Shown here: piece after piece, positions 49,076 to 58,230 of the stretch | How positions within the stretch are numbered: the stretch's first letter is position 1 | How the letters are laid out: every line of letters starts with the position of its first letter | Assembly (NCBI GenBank): GCA_000092065.1 | Contig: CP000596.1 | Source: Ostreococcus lucimarinus | Lineage: Eukaryota | Length of the DNA: 64,000 nucleotides | Strand: one strand, 5' to 3' | Translations under genes and position numbers: made by a program | The notes under the pieces: model-generated | Seen by the model: only the letters and a program-made list of their open reading frames with translations | Told to the model about the DNA's origin: nothing | Database searches by the model: none

Positions 49076-49360
49076 CTTCCGCGCGCGTGGCGTCGACAAG
49101 TGCCGTCAAGCCAAGCGCAAGAGCCAGGGTGTTGAGACCGGGACGACGACGAGACGATGACGCTTTGCGCGACTCGTCTCACGCGCGCGACGGACGATGC
49201 GACGCCGCGATGGCGAAGAAATTTTTATACGATTACTCGAGCTTACAACCTCGACTGAATCTACCGACTCCCACCACACTAAGAAAGAGCGCGAAGACCC
49301 GTGCTAATACGTGCGTCTTCGCGCGCGAGACTTTTGAATCCCGGACGCACGACGCGCCTA

Positions 49361-50019
49361 GTAGTTCGTCGTCACGTGCTTCTTCTTGTCACCGCCGATT
49401 TCGAACATCTTGCAACGCTTGATCGGGTGCATGTGGACTTGTTTGCACGTACCGCACTGCAAGCGCAAGACAATCTTCTTCGTCGTCTTCGCCTTCTTGT
49501 GGAACACCGGCTTGGTTTGGCCACCGTACCCCGCTTGTTTGGAATCGTAACGACGCTTCCCTGTGTTCGGTGTGCGAATCGCGCATCGAGTCGTCAGTCA
49601 CGCGTGTCGACGAGAAGAATACGTTTCACGCGCGCGTCGTCGCGCGCGTCGCATCCGCGCCATAGCTCGAGCGCGCGCGCGATCGCGCGCGTCGACCGTC
49701 ATCCGTAGGGTTTTCGCGCGCCACGCACCTTGCGCGTACAGGCTCGCCTTGCCCGTCTTGTACTGCGTCACCTTGTGCGCGGAGTGCTTCTTGCACCCCT
49801 TGCAGAACGTCTTCTTAGATTTCGGCACCTGTTCGCGTTCGCGCGCATCGGATCCGTCGTCGTCGTCAGTCATCACCGTCTCGAGCGCGATCGCTCGCGA
49901 GCCCTAACGCGCGCGCGTCCCGCGCCGTCCCATCGCGCGCGCGCGCGTCGCGTCGCGCGTCGAGCCGCCGCGTCGAACGCGTCGAGTGCGTCGCCATCGT
50001 CTCGACGTACGTTCACCAT
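49361..50019 (-). CDS. RPL36A: 60S ribosomal protein L44e (RPL36A), three exons on the minus strand: join(49361..49560,49729..49828,50011..50019).
   Basis: Exon 1 is ATGGTGAAC followed by a GTACGT donor. Exon 2 encodes [34 protein letters not shown], ending at a G|GTGCGT donor (phase 1). Exon 3 encodes [67 protein letters not shown] after a cag acceptor. The spliced product of about 103 aa aligns end to end with eukaryotic L44e. Confidence 0.9.
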
Positions 50020-50285
50020 TTTCTCAACCCCACGCGCGCGTCAAAGAGGCGTCACGCGGCGTCGCGCGCGCGCCATTTGTCGCGCCCGGGATGGACATTT
50101 GCTGAACCCTGGCGCGAGGTGAATTTCCAACGACGCCGCGCGCGTCACACGACGACGCGACGCGGCGGTGCGTCCGATCGTCCCGAGCGACGCGCGACGC
50201 GAGCGAAGAGCCGACGACGACGACGACGACGACGACGCGCGCGCGCATCGACGCGCGTTCGAACGCGCGATAACGCGCACGAAGC

Positions 50286-50726
50286 ATGGAGAAGCACCAC
50301 AAACTGCGACGACCGCAAGGGTCGTCCATACACGGGTGTAACATATGCGGGATCGAGGGACATCAGGCGGCGTTTTGCATGAATGGGAACGTGGATTGGG
50401 CCAATCGATGGCCGCGCGAGTGCTTCGTCATAGAGCCGCCGCAGAGCGCACCAAAGGCGAGGAAGGAGCCAGACTTTAGGAAGATGGCGCGCGAGGCCAA
50501 GGCGTACGCCAAGAAAAAGATGCGCAAGGAGGAACGAGAGAAGCGACGGGCGGCGGGGGAGGAGGTGTCTGAGAGCGAAGAAGAACCAGCAAAGACGGAA
50601 ACCGCGACGGGTGGTGCGAAGGGGGCGATGGTGGAGGGATGGGTGATGTATTACGACAAGCTCGGACGGCCATATTACCACAACAAGCTGACGAACAAGA
50701 CGCAATGGACGGCGCCTACGGCGTAG
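50286..50726 (+). CDS. CCHC zinc-knuckle + WW-domain protein.
   Basis: CNICGIEGHQAAFC (C-x2-C-x4-H-x4-C), a basic linker, and a WW domain EGWVMYYDKLGRPYYHNKLTNKTQWTAP. Confidence 0.7.
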   Translation: MEKHHKLRRPQGSSIHGCNICGIEGHQAAFCMNGNVDWANRWPRECFVIEPPQSAPKARKEPDFRKMAREAKAYAKKKMRKEEREKRRAAGEEVSESEEEPAKTETATGGAKGAMVEGWVMYYDKLGRPYYHNKLTNKTQWTAPTA

Positions 50727-50875
50727 AGAACGCGATGTGGGAGAGTTTCGAGATGTGTATCGATAGTTAGATAGTCAAAGCGGAAGATCGAGTGTAAAAC
50801 GTTGAAAGCAACACGATTAAGGCTACAAATTCCCCGCCTCTTACACAAAGCTATTCGCGACGTCGCCGCGCAATT

Positions 50876-51643
50876 CTAAAGCATTCTCTTCAACAAATCG
50901 TGATGATCGGCGTCAAAGTATTCACCTAGCTCCTCTTTCGTCACCCACGCGTGCTCGACGTAACCATCTTGCAATTCTAACTCACCCTCGATGTATGAAC
51001 CGCGGTAATAAAATGTCGTGCCGTCGGCGGTTTCGTAGTGACCCTGCGGCGCATTCCCGACCACCCAACACTCTAAAGAATCTCCCGCGAAAGCTTTCAG
51101 CGATCGCTCAGCCGTTTGGCGCATCGTCTCTCCGTCATCGTGTTTAGACTTTGGGAAGCCCCACTTGCCGTCTTTTTCCTTGACGACGAGGAAGAGGAAC
51201 TCGGGAAGTTTGCGATGCAGCGTACTTCTGTCGCCCGTGCGATCCGCCTCCGTCTCTCTCGGTGCCGGCTCAAAATCCGGCAAGTTGTCTAATAAACCTT
51301 TCGCTTCGACTATTTGATCGGGGAGTTTCACCCTAAACTTGTCGCGTCGCGCTTCGCTCCATTCCTTGTACTCGCGCTCCCACGCCGGGGCTTCGGGAAT
51401 TACGACTGGGATGCGCTCGACGAGCATAGAGCCGTACAACGAGTTATTCGCCGCCGCGCTCGCCGCGACGTACGATCGTGCGCTTGACGCCGCGGTCGAG
51501 CGTCCATCGCGGCAGGCACCGAGCGCGGACGCCGCGCACGACGTCCCACGATTGGCGTTGGCATGACCACGACGCTGAGCTAAACTGTGACGAAACGCCT
51601 GCGCGCGAGCGCGTCGCGCGGCCTTCAGCGCCTGACGAAACAT
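50876..51643 (-). CDS. Mitochondrial ribosomal protein L46-like (Nudix-fold) with an N-terminal presequence.
   Basis: Presequence MFRQALKAARRARAQAFRHSL, and the core KLPEFLFLVVKEKDGKWGFPKSKHDDGETMRQTAERSLKAFAG, similar to MRPL46. Confidence 0.6.
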   Translation of the reverse strand: MFRQALKAARRARAQAFRHSLAQRRGHANANRGTSCAASALGACRDGRSTAASSARSYVAASAAANNSLYGSMLVERIPVVIPEAPAWEREYKEWSEARRDKFRVKLPDQIVEAKGLLDNLPDFEPAPRETEADRTGDRSTLHRKLPEFLFLVVKEKDGKWGFPKSKHDDGETMRQTAERSLKAFAGDSLECWVVGNAPQGHYETADGTTFYYRGSYIEGELELQDGYVEHAWVTKEELGEYFDADHHDLLKRML

Positions 51644-51824
51644 GTTTTTGACAGTGCGCGCAGGCTACCGAGCTAGTATCGAATCCGTCGCCGACACGTC
51701 TCGAGTTGAAGAGTGAGGAGGCACTGAAGACCTCTGCCGCCCTACTTTGAGCTTGTCAAAATCGAGGACGCGCTGCATCTAAATCTTCTATGATTGATTT
51801 CATGGCTACGTCTAATTGATCAAT

Positions 51825-53582
51825 CTATGAATTTTCTTGCGTCGCTGTCTTCTCAAAGTCAGCGTACGCCTGAGGACGACGAGTTTTCTCGTCATCATAA
51901 AACGTCAACGCAGAATCAAACGCACCGAGCAGCGGCCTAAGGCGCTGAGAAGCGATATGTCGGTGGGCGGAAGGGAGCGAACTTTTCACTCCTTCGAGTT
52001 TATCGTACAAGATCTCGACGGATTTGCAGACCTTCGTCGCTTTCTCCCATCGCACAGACGTTATCATCGGCGTGGACATCCAGAACTGACGTAGCAGCTC
52101 CCCACCAGTCGCCGCGCTCCGTCTCAGTTGCTCGTTCACATTCTCAGGAAACGCAGCCACATCATCAGCGTTACTAAAACTTTGCTGTGACGCAAATTGA
52201 GCGCTCAAATCTTCAACTTTAGCGAGTGATTGCGTGACCTCTTTCAACACTTGCAGTGCGATGTCGGGATCCAATGCGCGTTTTTGCTTCTTTTCGGGAT
52301 GCTGGAGCGTACTCAGAGCCGACGTCACGGCCTCTTTGAACGGTTCGATGACGACATGCGTCTTCGAAGGCTTACTCACCACGGGTTCTTCCGCGATAGA
52401 TGAAAAGTATTGATGCGAATCACGAATTTTGAGCTCCTTTGGCGGCGCCGCGGGCTTCGGTGCGGCGAGGTCGTCAATCGAGTAATCGGGCTCTTCGAAC
52501 CCTATTCTCGCGCTCTCTGCGCTCTTTTCATGATCTCTTGCGGCGATCGCCGCGGTGCGAGCATCGACGATGTTCACTTGCGGCTGACCTCGAAGCACAA
52601 CGGCGGCGTGATGGTTGAGCTCCAAGAATACCTCGGGTAACGGACCAGCTTCTTTCGGTCGGCGATCATCTCGAGAGCCGTCTCGTAGCAAACCATATCC
52701 CTCTCCGAGCCCGTCATCGAGGTCCGCTTTTAAGTTCACACCGGGCTCGATCGCTTTGATTTGTGCCTTAACCGTGGTTGCATCTGGTGGTTTTCGCGCA
52801 AAGAGAGCCAAATCTGCAGCTTCCTCTTCTCCTTGCGGTGGTGCTCCCGCGCGCATCTGTTTGAAATACTCCGATCGTAAGAATCTCGTCCAAAACTCGC
52901 GTTCTGTCATCTTTTTTGGCACATTATTCAAAAATGCTTCGCGCACCGAAGGTCTTTCGGCGAAGATTCTGTGCATCTTTTCGTTCGTCAAGTTACACGT
53001 CACCGTGTCTGACATCCCATCGCGTGCGCCTTTGAGATCGCCATCTAGCGTATTTTCGATTCCATGTTTCTGTCCAGTCGCTTTTCTCGCCACTACGTCG
53101 CTGAATAAATTCCTACGTGCTTCCCAGAAGTCTTCATTGCTGATCACTCCGGCTTTCACCGTCTCCTCGTACAGCTGCGCAATCTCTACGTTCGTCTTCA
53201 GCAACTGGCTTCGCGCCTCCAGCTCCGCCGCGCTCGGCACGCCTTTCATCTCTTCCTCTAATTTTCTTATCTGCGCCTTTATCGCATCGCTTAACCCATC
53301 TCTGTCGCTCTCCGCATCGAACGTCAGCACAAGCGCCCGCTTGGCGTCGTTGTCCGGCACCAACCTCAGGCTCGCCGTGGCGCTACCCGGTTTATTCCTT
53401 TGGTGCGCGGTAACGCTTAGCAAAGTCACGGTCTTCGCACCGGTGAGATTCCCGGTATCCGCGGGCGTCCACGTCACCGTGCGCGTGCGCACGCACGCCT
53501 CACCGCGCGTCTTCGCCCCAGCCACCGTGGACGCGCACGCACAGCGGTGGAAGACGACGTCGTCCACGTCGGCGTCGATCAT
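51825..53582 (-). CDS. GTF2H1: General transcription factor TFIIH subunit p62 (Tfb1/GTF2H1), with a PH-like N-terminus and two BSD domains.
   Basis: BSD motifs ISNEDFWEARRNLFSDV and PKKMTEREFWTRFLRSEYF (human: [20 protein letters not shown]), and a C-terminal helical region. Start taken at MIDADVDD. Confidence 0.8.
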   Translation of the reverse strand: MIDADVDDVVFHRCACASTVAGAKTRGEACVRTRTVTWTPADTGNLTGAKTVTLLSVTAHQRNKPGSATASLRLVPDNDAKRALVLTFDAESDRDGLSDAIKAQIRKLEEEMKGVPSAAELEARSQLLKTNVEIAQLYEETVKAGVISNEDFWEARRNLFSDVVARKATGQKHGIENTLDGDLKGARDGMSDTVTCNLTNEKMHRIFAERPSVREAFLNNVPKKMTEREFWTRFLRSEYFKQMRAGAPPQGEEEAADLALFARKPPDATTVKAQIKAIEPGVNLKADLDDGLGEGYGLLRDGSRDDRRPKEAGPLPEVFLELNHHAAVVLRGQPQVNIVDARTAAIAARDHEKSAESARIGFEEPDYSIDDLAAPKPAAPPKELKIRDSHQYFSSIAEEPVVSKPSKTHVVIEPFKEAVTSALSTLQHPEKKQKRALDPDIALQVLKEVTQSLAKVEDLSAQFASQQSFSNADDVAAFPENVNEQLRRSAATGGELLRQFWMSTPMITSVRWEKATKVCKSVEILYDKLEGVKSSLPSAHRHIASQRLRPLLGAFDSALTFYDDEKTRRPQAYADFEKTATQENS

Positions 53583-53755
53583 GACGTCAAAGATCGATCG
53601 CGCGAGCGTCGTCGGCGGCGATCGACGCGCGCGATCGAATCCACGCGATTCGCTCCGCCGCGTCGGCGAGGAATGGGGTCGACCGCCTTGCGTCGCAAAC
53701 GAAAATCGAATCGCGCCTCGAACGCGCCGCGCCACTCGAGGCCGCGTCGCGTGCG

Positions 53756-54337
53756 ATGTTCGCGCCGATGACGTCGCCCACAGCCAACAGGGCGATGACT
53801 TGGAGCGCCAACAGGCGAGCGCCCGGTCGAACGCGAGGTCGCCCGACGTGGTCGTCCAACGGATCGAGGACGCGCATGGAGGGCGGGTGGGTGAAGAATA
53901 AAGCCACGGTCGTCGCCCCGGTGCCGATTCAAGTGGCGTGGGAGCTGTGGCAAGATCGAACGAGGATCCCGAATTGGATGCCTTGGATCTCCTCGGTGTC
54001 GTATTTGCCCGACGACAAGACGAAGACGAAGTGGACGCTGTCGACGGATCAATTCGGCCAGCACTTTGAGTTTTCGTGGCTCGCGCAAGATTTAGAACCG
54101 GTCAAGTACGAGCGGATCTCGTGGGAGTCTTTGGAGGGATTAAAGAACAAGGGCTCGGTGAACTTTAGCAAGGAACCCGCCGGGACGAAGCTGGAGATGG
54201 AGATTAGCTACGAAGTCCCAGCCCCGCTCGTGCCGTTCGGCGCCGCGGTGTCGCCGCTCGTGGAGTCCATCCTGAGCGCCGACCTCAAGCGGTTCTCGAC
54301 GTTCTCGGAGAAGGTGGCCAAGGCCATGTCCAAGTGA
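53756..54337 (+). CDS. SRPBCC (Bet v1 / polyketide-cyclase-like, COQ10-like) lipid-binding-fold protein with a transit-peptide-like N-terminus.
   Basis: VAPVPIQVAWELWQDRTRIPNWMPWISSV...FEFSWLAQDLEP...SVNFSKEPAGTKLEMEISYEVP fits the polyketide_cyc2 / SRPBCC pattern. Confidence 0.5.
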   Translation: MFAPMTSPTANRAMTWSANRRAPGRTRGRPTWSSNGSRTRMEGGWVKNKATVVAPVPIQVAWELWQDRTRIPNWMPWISSVSYLPDDKTKTKWTLSTDQFGQHFEFSWLAQDLEPVKYERISWESLEGLKNKGSVNFSKEPAGTKLEMEISYEVPAPLVPFGAAVSPLVESILSADLKRFSTFSEKVAKAMSK

Positions 54338-55304
54338 TGGACGGCCCCAGTAAGTAGAGTATCGCCGCGAATGACTTTATTATTATTGTAAATCGAATGA
54401 ATCATACACACAAGAGCTTGTCCGCGACCGCGACGCAAACGTTATCGAGCATCACAAAACGCTCACGAACGGGCGCGAAACGCGCCAGATTCGTATCCAC
54501 GTACACGCAAATAAATTTCAGTAAAATCTGAGACATACACGACCGAATTCTACACGCGATCGAAAGCATACGCTCGAGATGATAGTGTTCGTTTACTTCA
54601 GGCCGTGGAATTAATTAATTAATTCAATCACTCGCGCACGTGCTTCGACGAATGCGATAAACGACCATAAGCGCACAGACCTGTTCAAAAACAATAGTGT
54701 GGCACATAGATTTACTCAAAGCTCGCCCGAACGCGAGAGAAGTACGTGTCCGCGATGTACTTTGGATGAAATAATTCGAGATATTACTTGCAATTATTGA
54801 AATATTTTGTTTTTCACAGCGCCACTCGATGTTTACAGTGTGACGAAAATCCAGAGAGTATTCACACATGTCGTCATGGTAAGTGCGCGCTCTAAAAACT
54901 AATCTCGATCGTTTACGTCGTCTACGCGTGAGTTTTTAATAATTAATTGTTGTCCAGAATTTTATTAATTAAATGTGCGCTCACGCGCACAGCCACTACG
55001 ATCGACACGCGCTGCACGTGTTCGCCGTGTTCTACTTTCTCGGCACTTGAGCTCCAGTGCGTCTTCGGGTGCACGGGCGTCGTGTTGAGCGAAGAACACC
55101 ACTCACGTCTTTCGAGCAATATTTATTTCTTCTTTCGATGTGCAATTAATTATAGGTCCATCGTCACTTCTTCGTTGTCTACGCGCGTATGGACGCGAAA
55201 AGGCGCAGTTATTTATCCGACTTATATTAAAACCCAAGGCTGTGCGTGGGGCTTCCTTCGCTCGATCACGAGGACGCAAACAGTTTACGCTCGTTCTCAT
55301 TAAA

Positions 55305-57404
55305 TTATTCGTCAACAGCGAACGGGTGTGTGTCTACGTCGTCTAAGTCGATATCGAACGCAGATGCGTTCTGCCGTGCGCTACTACTATCTTTAGGGAT
55401 CCCGAATACGTTACTTTTATCGTCTTGGCCGTAGTTCACGAAGAAGTTGGACAGGAGCGAATGAGGTTGCGAGCTGAACGTTTTCGCAACAGACCGAAGA
55501 CGGGCGCATTCGCCGCGGAGTTCGCTTGTGGGCTTGGGAACTGGGAATCCGATGGCGCACTTCACCCCTTTTGCGTCCTCGGGACCACAAAACCAAGATT
55601 CCGCTTTTAGCGCGATGTTCATATCCGAATCAAAGCTTTTCGCCGCGGGAGAAGATGCTTCGCTGTCAAACGCACAAAACGACGTCAACGCACCATCGAC
55701 GACGAGCACTCGCTCTCGGGCAGAGCCTAGAGATTTCAGAACCTGCGTGTCGGTCGCAAACGGACCGAGTGCGTATTTTGCTTCTGAATCTTTGTCTACT
55801 GTCGACACCTCCGCGACGCTGTTTCTTATGGCGTCTGACGTTCGCGCGTTGTCGAGAAACGACCACTCTCTAAAGTTTGCCCCACCCTTCTCCATCGCCG
55901 GCAGGTTCATGATGTGATCCTGCGGACATCCTACGAACGGTGGATGCAGGTAACCTATCGCGCACGAAGGTAACGCATGGCCCCAATACCTATCGCACAT
56001 GCACGTGATGCGTGGCAAAATCACCGTACGATTCAACACTCGACCGAGCGCTAGAAGGTTTCTAATCGAGGCGCGATACCACGCGGCGGCGAGGAGATGA
56101 TTATGCACGCCAGTCGCGTTCCAGACGCTCGGTAATTCATCGCTCATGGCGATAAAGTTGCCTTGTGTGTAATAATCGTCCTCTTCGACATCCCACAAAC
56201 CGTGCTCGCGGAAACGTTGGCGTTTGCCGTGTACTTGCGAAAATTGAAAAGTTGCGTGCGCGCACAGCGGCTGTTCATCCAGTCTTGTTTCGCGCTCGTG
56301 TAATCGTTGAACGAAATACGTGTGTCCCGAAGCGAAGAGACGCATTGGCAACAGCGCAAACTGAACGCCTCCCTCGAGTCGTTTCACGCGCACGCGCCTT
56401 TTGATCTCGCGCGATTCCGATGTGGAGGATCGTTTGATGAGCAGTTTATTGAAAATCTCTTGGTCTCTCTCCGTGGTATCTTCCGTGGCTTTTTCCATCC
56501 CATCGACCCAATCAGCTATGAACTTTTTCGCCGGCTCCGTGGCGTTAAAGTAAAGAATCCCCGTGTTTGTCGGCGCTCCCCAACACTTTCCTTCGTCGTC
56601 GTCGCGAGCGTTGAGACAATCCGTGCTCGCGGCGACGTCGACGTCTGTCATCGCCTCGCGCATCCATTCCCTGGGATCTCTCAACCAAGCCACGTCAGCA
56701 TCACTCACTAATACATCGTGTCCACGGTCGAGAAGATCGAGCAAGAGCTTCACCCGCAGCGTCGTCATTTCGCGCATCGCCTTGGCGGCTTCTGCCACGC
56801 TCGCCGCCTGTCGCGCGCCGGAAGCGTCGCCGAGCGCCGTGCCTCCGGTGGCCATGACCCCTCCTTTGTACCTATAATTCGCGCCCCCAAAACATGGCAT
56901 GGAGTGCCGCTCGCAAAATCGCTCCGTGGCTTCGTCCAGAGCGAGCATGACGATGTTCTCATCCTTTTCGTTCGGCTGCGCTCCCTTGGCCTTGCGCAAC
57001 AACTTCAGCCAATTCAACGCGAACTCGTGAAAGCCGTCCGAGACATAGGACACGAAAACCAAACCATCCCGCGCGAGCATCGCGCTCAAAACGTCACCGC
57101 TCGCATCGCTCTCGTTAAACTTCGCCACCGACTTCGTGACTTCCTCGCCGGCGGACGCGACGTCCTCGACAGTCGCCGCGTAGTCGACCTCGACTTCGAC
57201 TTTGCCCGCGCCTTCGCTCGCCGCCTCGCGCGTCGTCTTCCTCGTCGCCATCGCCGCCCCTCCCGCCCGTCTCTCGCGCATCGTCCACGCCACAAAGATC
57301 CCAACGCACATCACGAACAAAATTCCGCTCATTCGTCGTCGTCGTCTCCCCTGCGCCGGCGCCATCGCGCGATGGTTGGGATGTCCTTCGCTTCGACGCG
57401 CCAC
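55305..57404 (-). CDS. Type-II membrane glycosyltransferase with a nucleotide-diphospho-sugar transferase (GT77-like, arabinosyltransferase-type) domain.
   Basis: N-terminal signal anchor MSGILFVMCVGIFVAWT. Nucleotid_trans-like region FVSYVSDGFHEFALNWLKLLRKA...DVLVSDADVAWLRDPREWM...GILYFNATEPAKKFIADW. The C-terminal half is also GT77-like. Confidence 0.65.
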   Translation of the reverse strand: MARRSEGHPNHRAMAPAQGRRRRRMSGILFVMCVGIFVAWTMRERRAGGAAMATRKTTREAASEGAGKVEVEVDYAATVEDVASAGEEVTKSVAKFNESDASGDVLSAMLARDGLVFVSYVSDGFHEFALNWLKLLRKAKGAQPNEKDENIVMLALDEATERFCERHSMPCFGGANYRYKGGVMATGGTALGDASGARQAASVAEAAKAMREMTTLRVKLLLDLLDRGHDVLVSDADVAWLRDPREWMREAMTDVDVAASTDCLNARDDDEGKCWGAPTNTGILYFNATEPAKKFIADWVDGMEKATEDTTERDQEIFNKLLIKRSSTSESREIKRRVRVKRLEGGVQFALLPMRLFASGHTYFVQRLHERETRLDEQPLCAHATFQFSQVHGKRQRFREHGLWDVEEDDYYTQGNFIAMSDELPSVWNATGVHNHLLAAAWYRASIRNLLALGRVLNRTVILPRITCMCDRYWGHALPSCAIGYLHPPFVGCPQDHIMNLPAMEKGGANFREWSFLDNARTSDAIRNSVAEVSTVDKDSEAKYALGPFATDTQVLKSLGSARERVLVVDGALTSFCAFDSEASSPAAKSFDSDMNIALKAESWFCGPEDAKGVKCAIGFPVPKPTSELRGECARLRSVAKTFSSQPHSLLSNFFVNYGQDDKSNVFGIPKDSSSARQNASAFDIDLDDVDTHPFAVDE

Positions 57405-57683
57405 CGACTTCGTCCCGGTTCGCGCGGTCCTCGCGCGTCGCGCGCGCGTCGCCGACGCGGTTCGTCGGTCCCGGCGCGCGCGTCGCGTCGCGTCCCGTCA
57501 GCGACTCGACCGGCCATCGTCGCGCGCGCCGTGCGAGGGGCGCGCGCTGGCGCCTCGATCCCCATCGCGCGCGGCGTCGAACCGTCGAATCGTCGTGCGG
57601 TCGCGGATACGACGCGATCCGACGACGCGGGCGGATAACGCGATAAAACGAGACGCGACGACGCGAGACGCGCGGGTCGGCGA

Positions 57684-57720
57684 TGACGACGACGACGACG
57701 ACGACGACGACGATGATGAT
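57684..57720 (+). repeat. (ACG)n / (ACGATG)n trinucleotide microsatellite (encodes poly-Thr in one frame).
   Basis: acgacgacgacgacgacgacgacgatgatgatg. Confidence 0.7.
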
Positions 57721-57772
57721 GCGTCCGACGACGCGCGCGACGACGCGACGGACGACGACGGCGAGGCGCGCG

Positions 57773-58102
57773 ATGGCTTTGGCGAGACGCGAGACGCGCG
57801 CGATGGGCGTCGTCGCGCGCGCGCGCGCGGGCGCGGAGGAGAAGGTGGCGGTGACGTCGGCGTGCGGCGCGGTGGCGCTGGCGACGATCAACGCGATGTT
57901 CCCGGAACACGCGAGCGCGCTGTCGATTCGGGACCCGGTGTTCGGGGACATCGAGGTTTGGCAGTTCTTGGTGCTCACGGCGGGATACTTCATCGGGATC
58001 GAGATTTACTTGGATAAGAAGTACGACGATAACAACAAGACGGTGATGCCGACCGTGCAAAAGAAGAAGGAAAGCGACGAGGAGACGAGCGCGGAAGAGT
58101 GA
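57773..58102 (+). CDS. Small single-TM protein with a presequence-like N-terminus (about 110 aa); family not recognised.
   Basis: MALARRETRAMGVVARARAGA... followed by one hydrophobic helix VWQFLVLTAGYFIGIEIY and an acidic C-terminus. Coding status inferred from composition and position. Confidence 0.4.
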   Translation: MALARRETRAMGVVARARAGAEEKVAVTSACGAVALATINAMFPEHASALSIRDPVFGDIEVWQFLVLTAGYFIGIEIYLDKKYDDNNKTVMPTVQKKKESDEETSAEE

Positions 58103-58230
58103 ATCGGGGCGCCGCGCGGAAGAATGTAGAGTGAAAAGAAGAAATTTAGTTGTTATGGTTGAACTCGATTGCACACAAACGCCGCGTCGAACGATATATA
58201 CACACTTTACTCCGCACGAACGCGCGCTCC

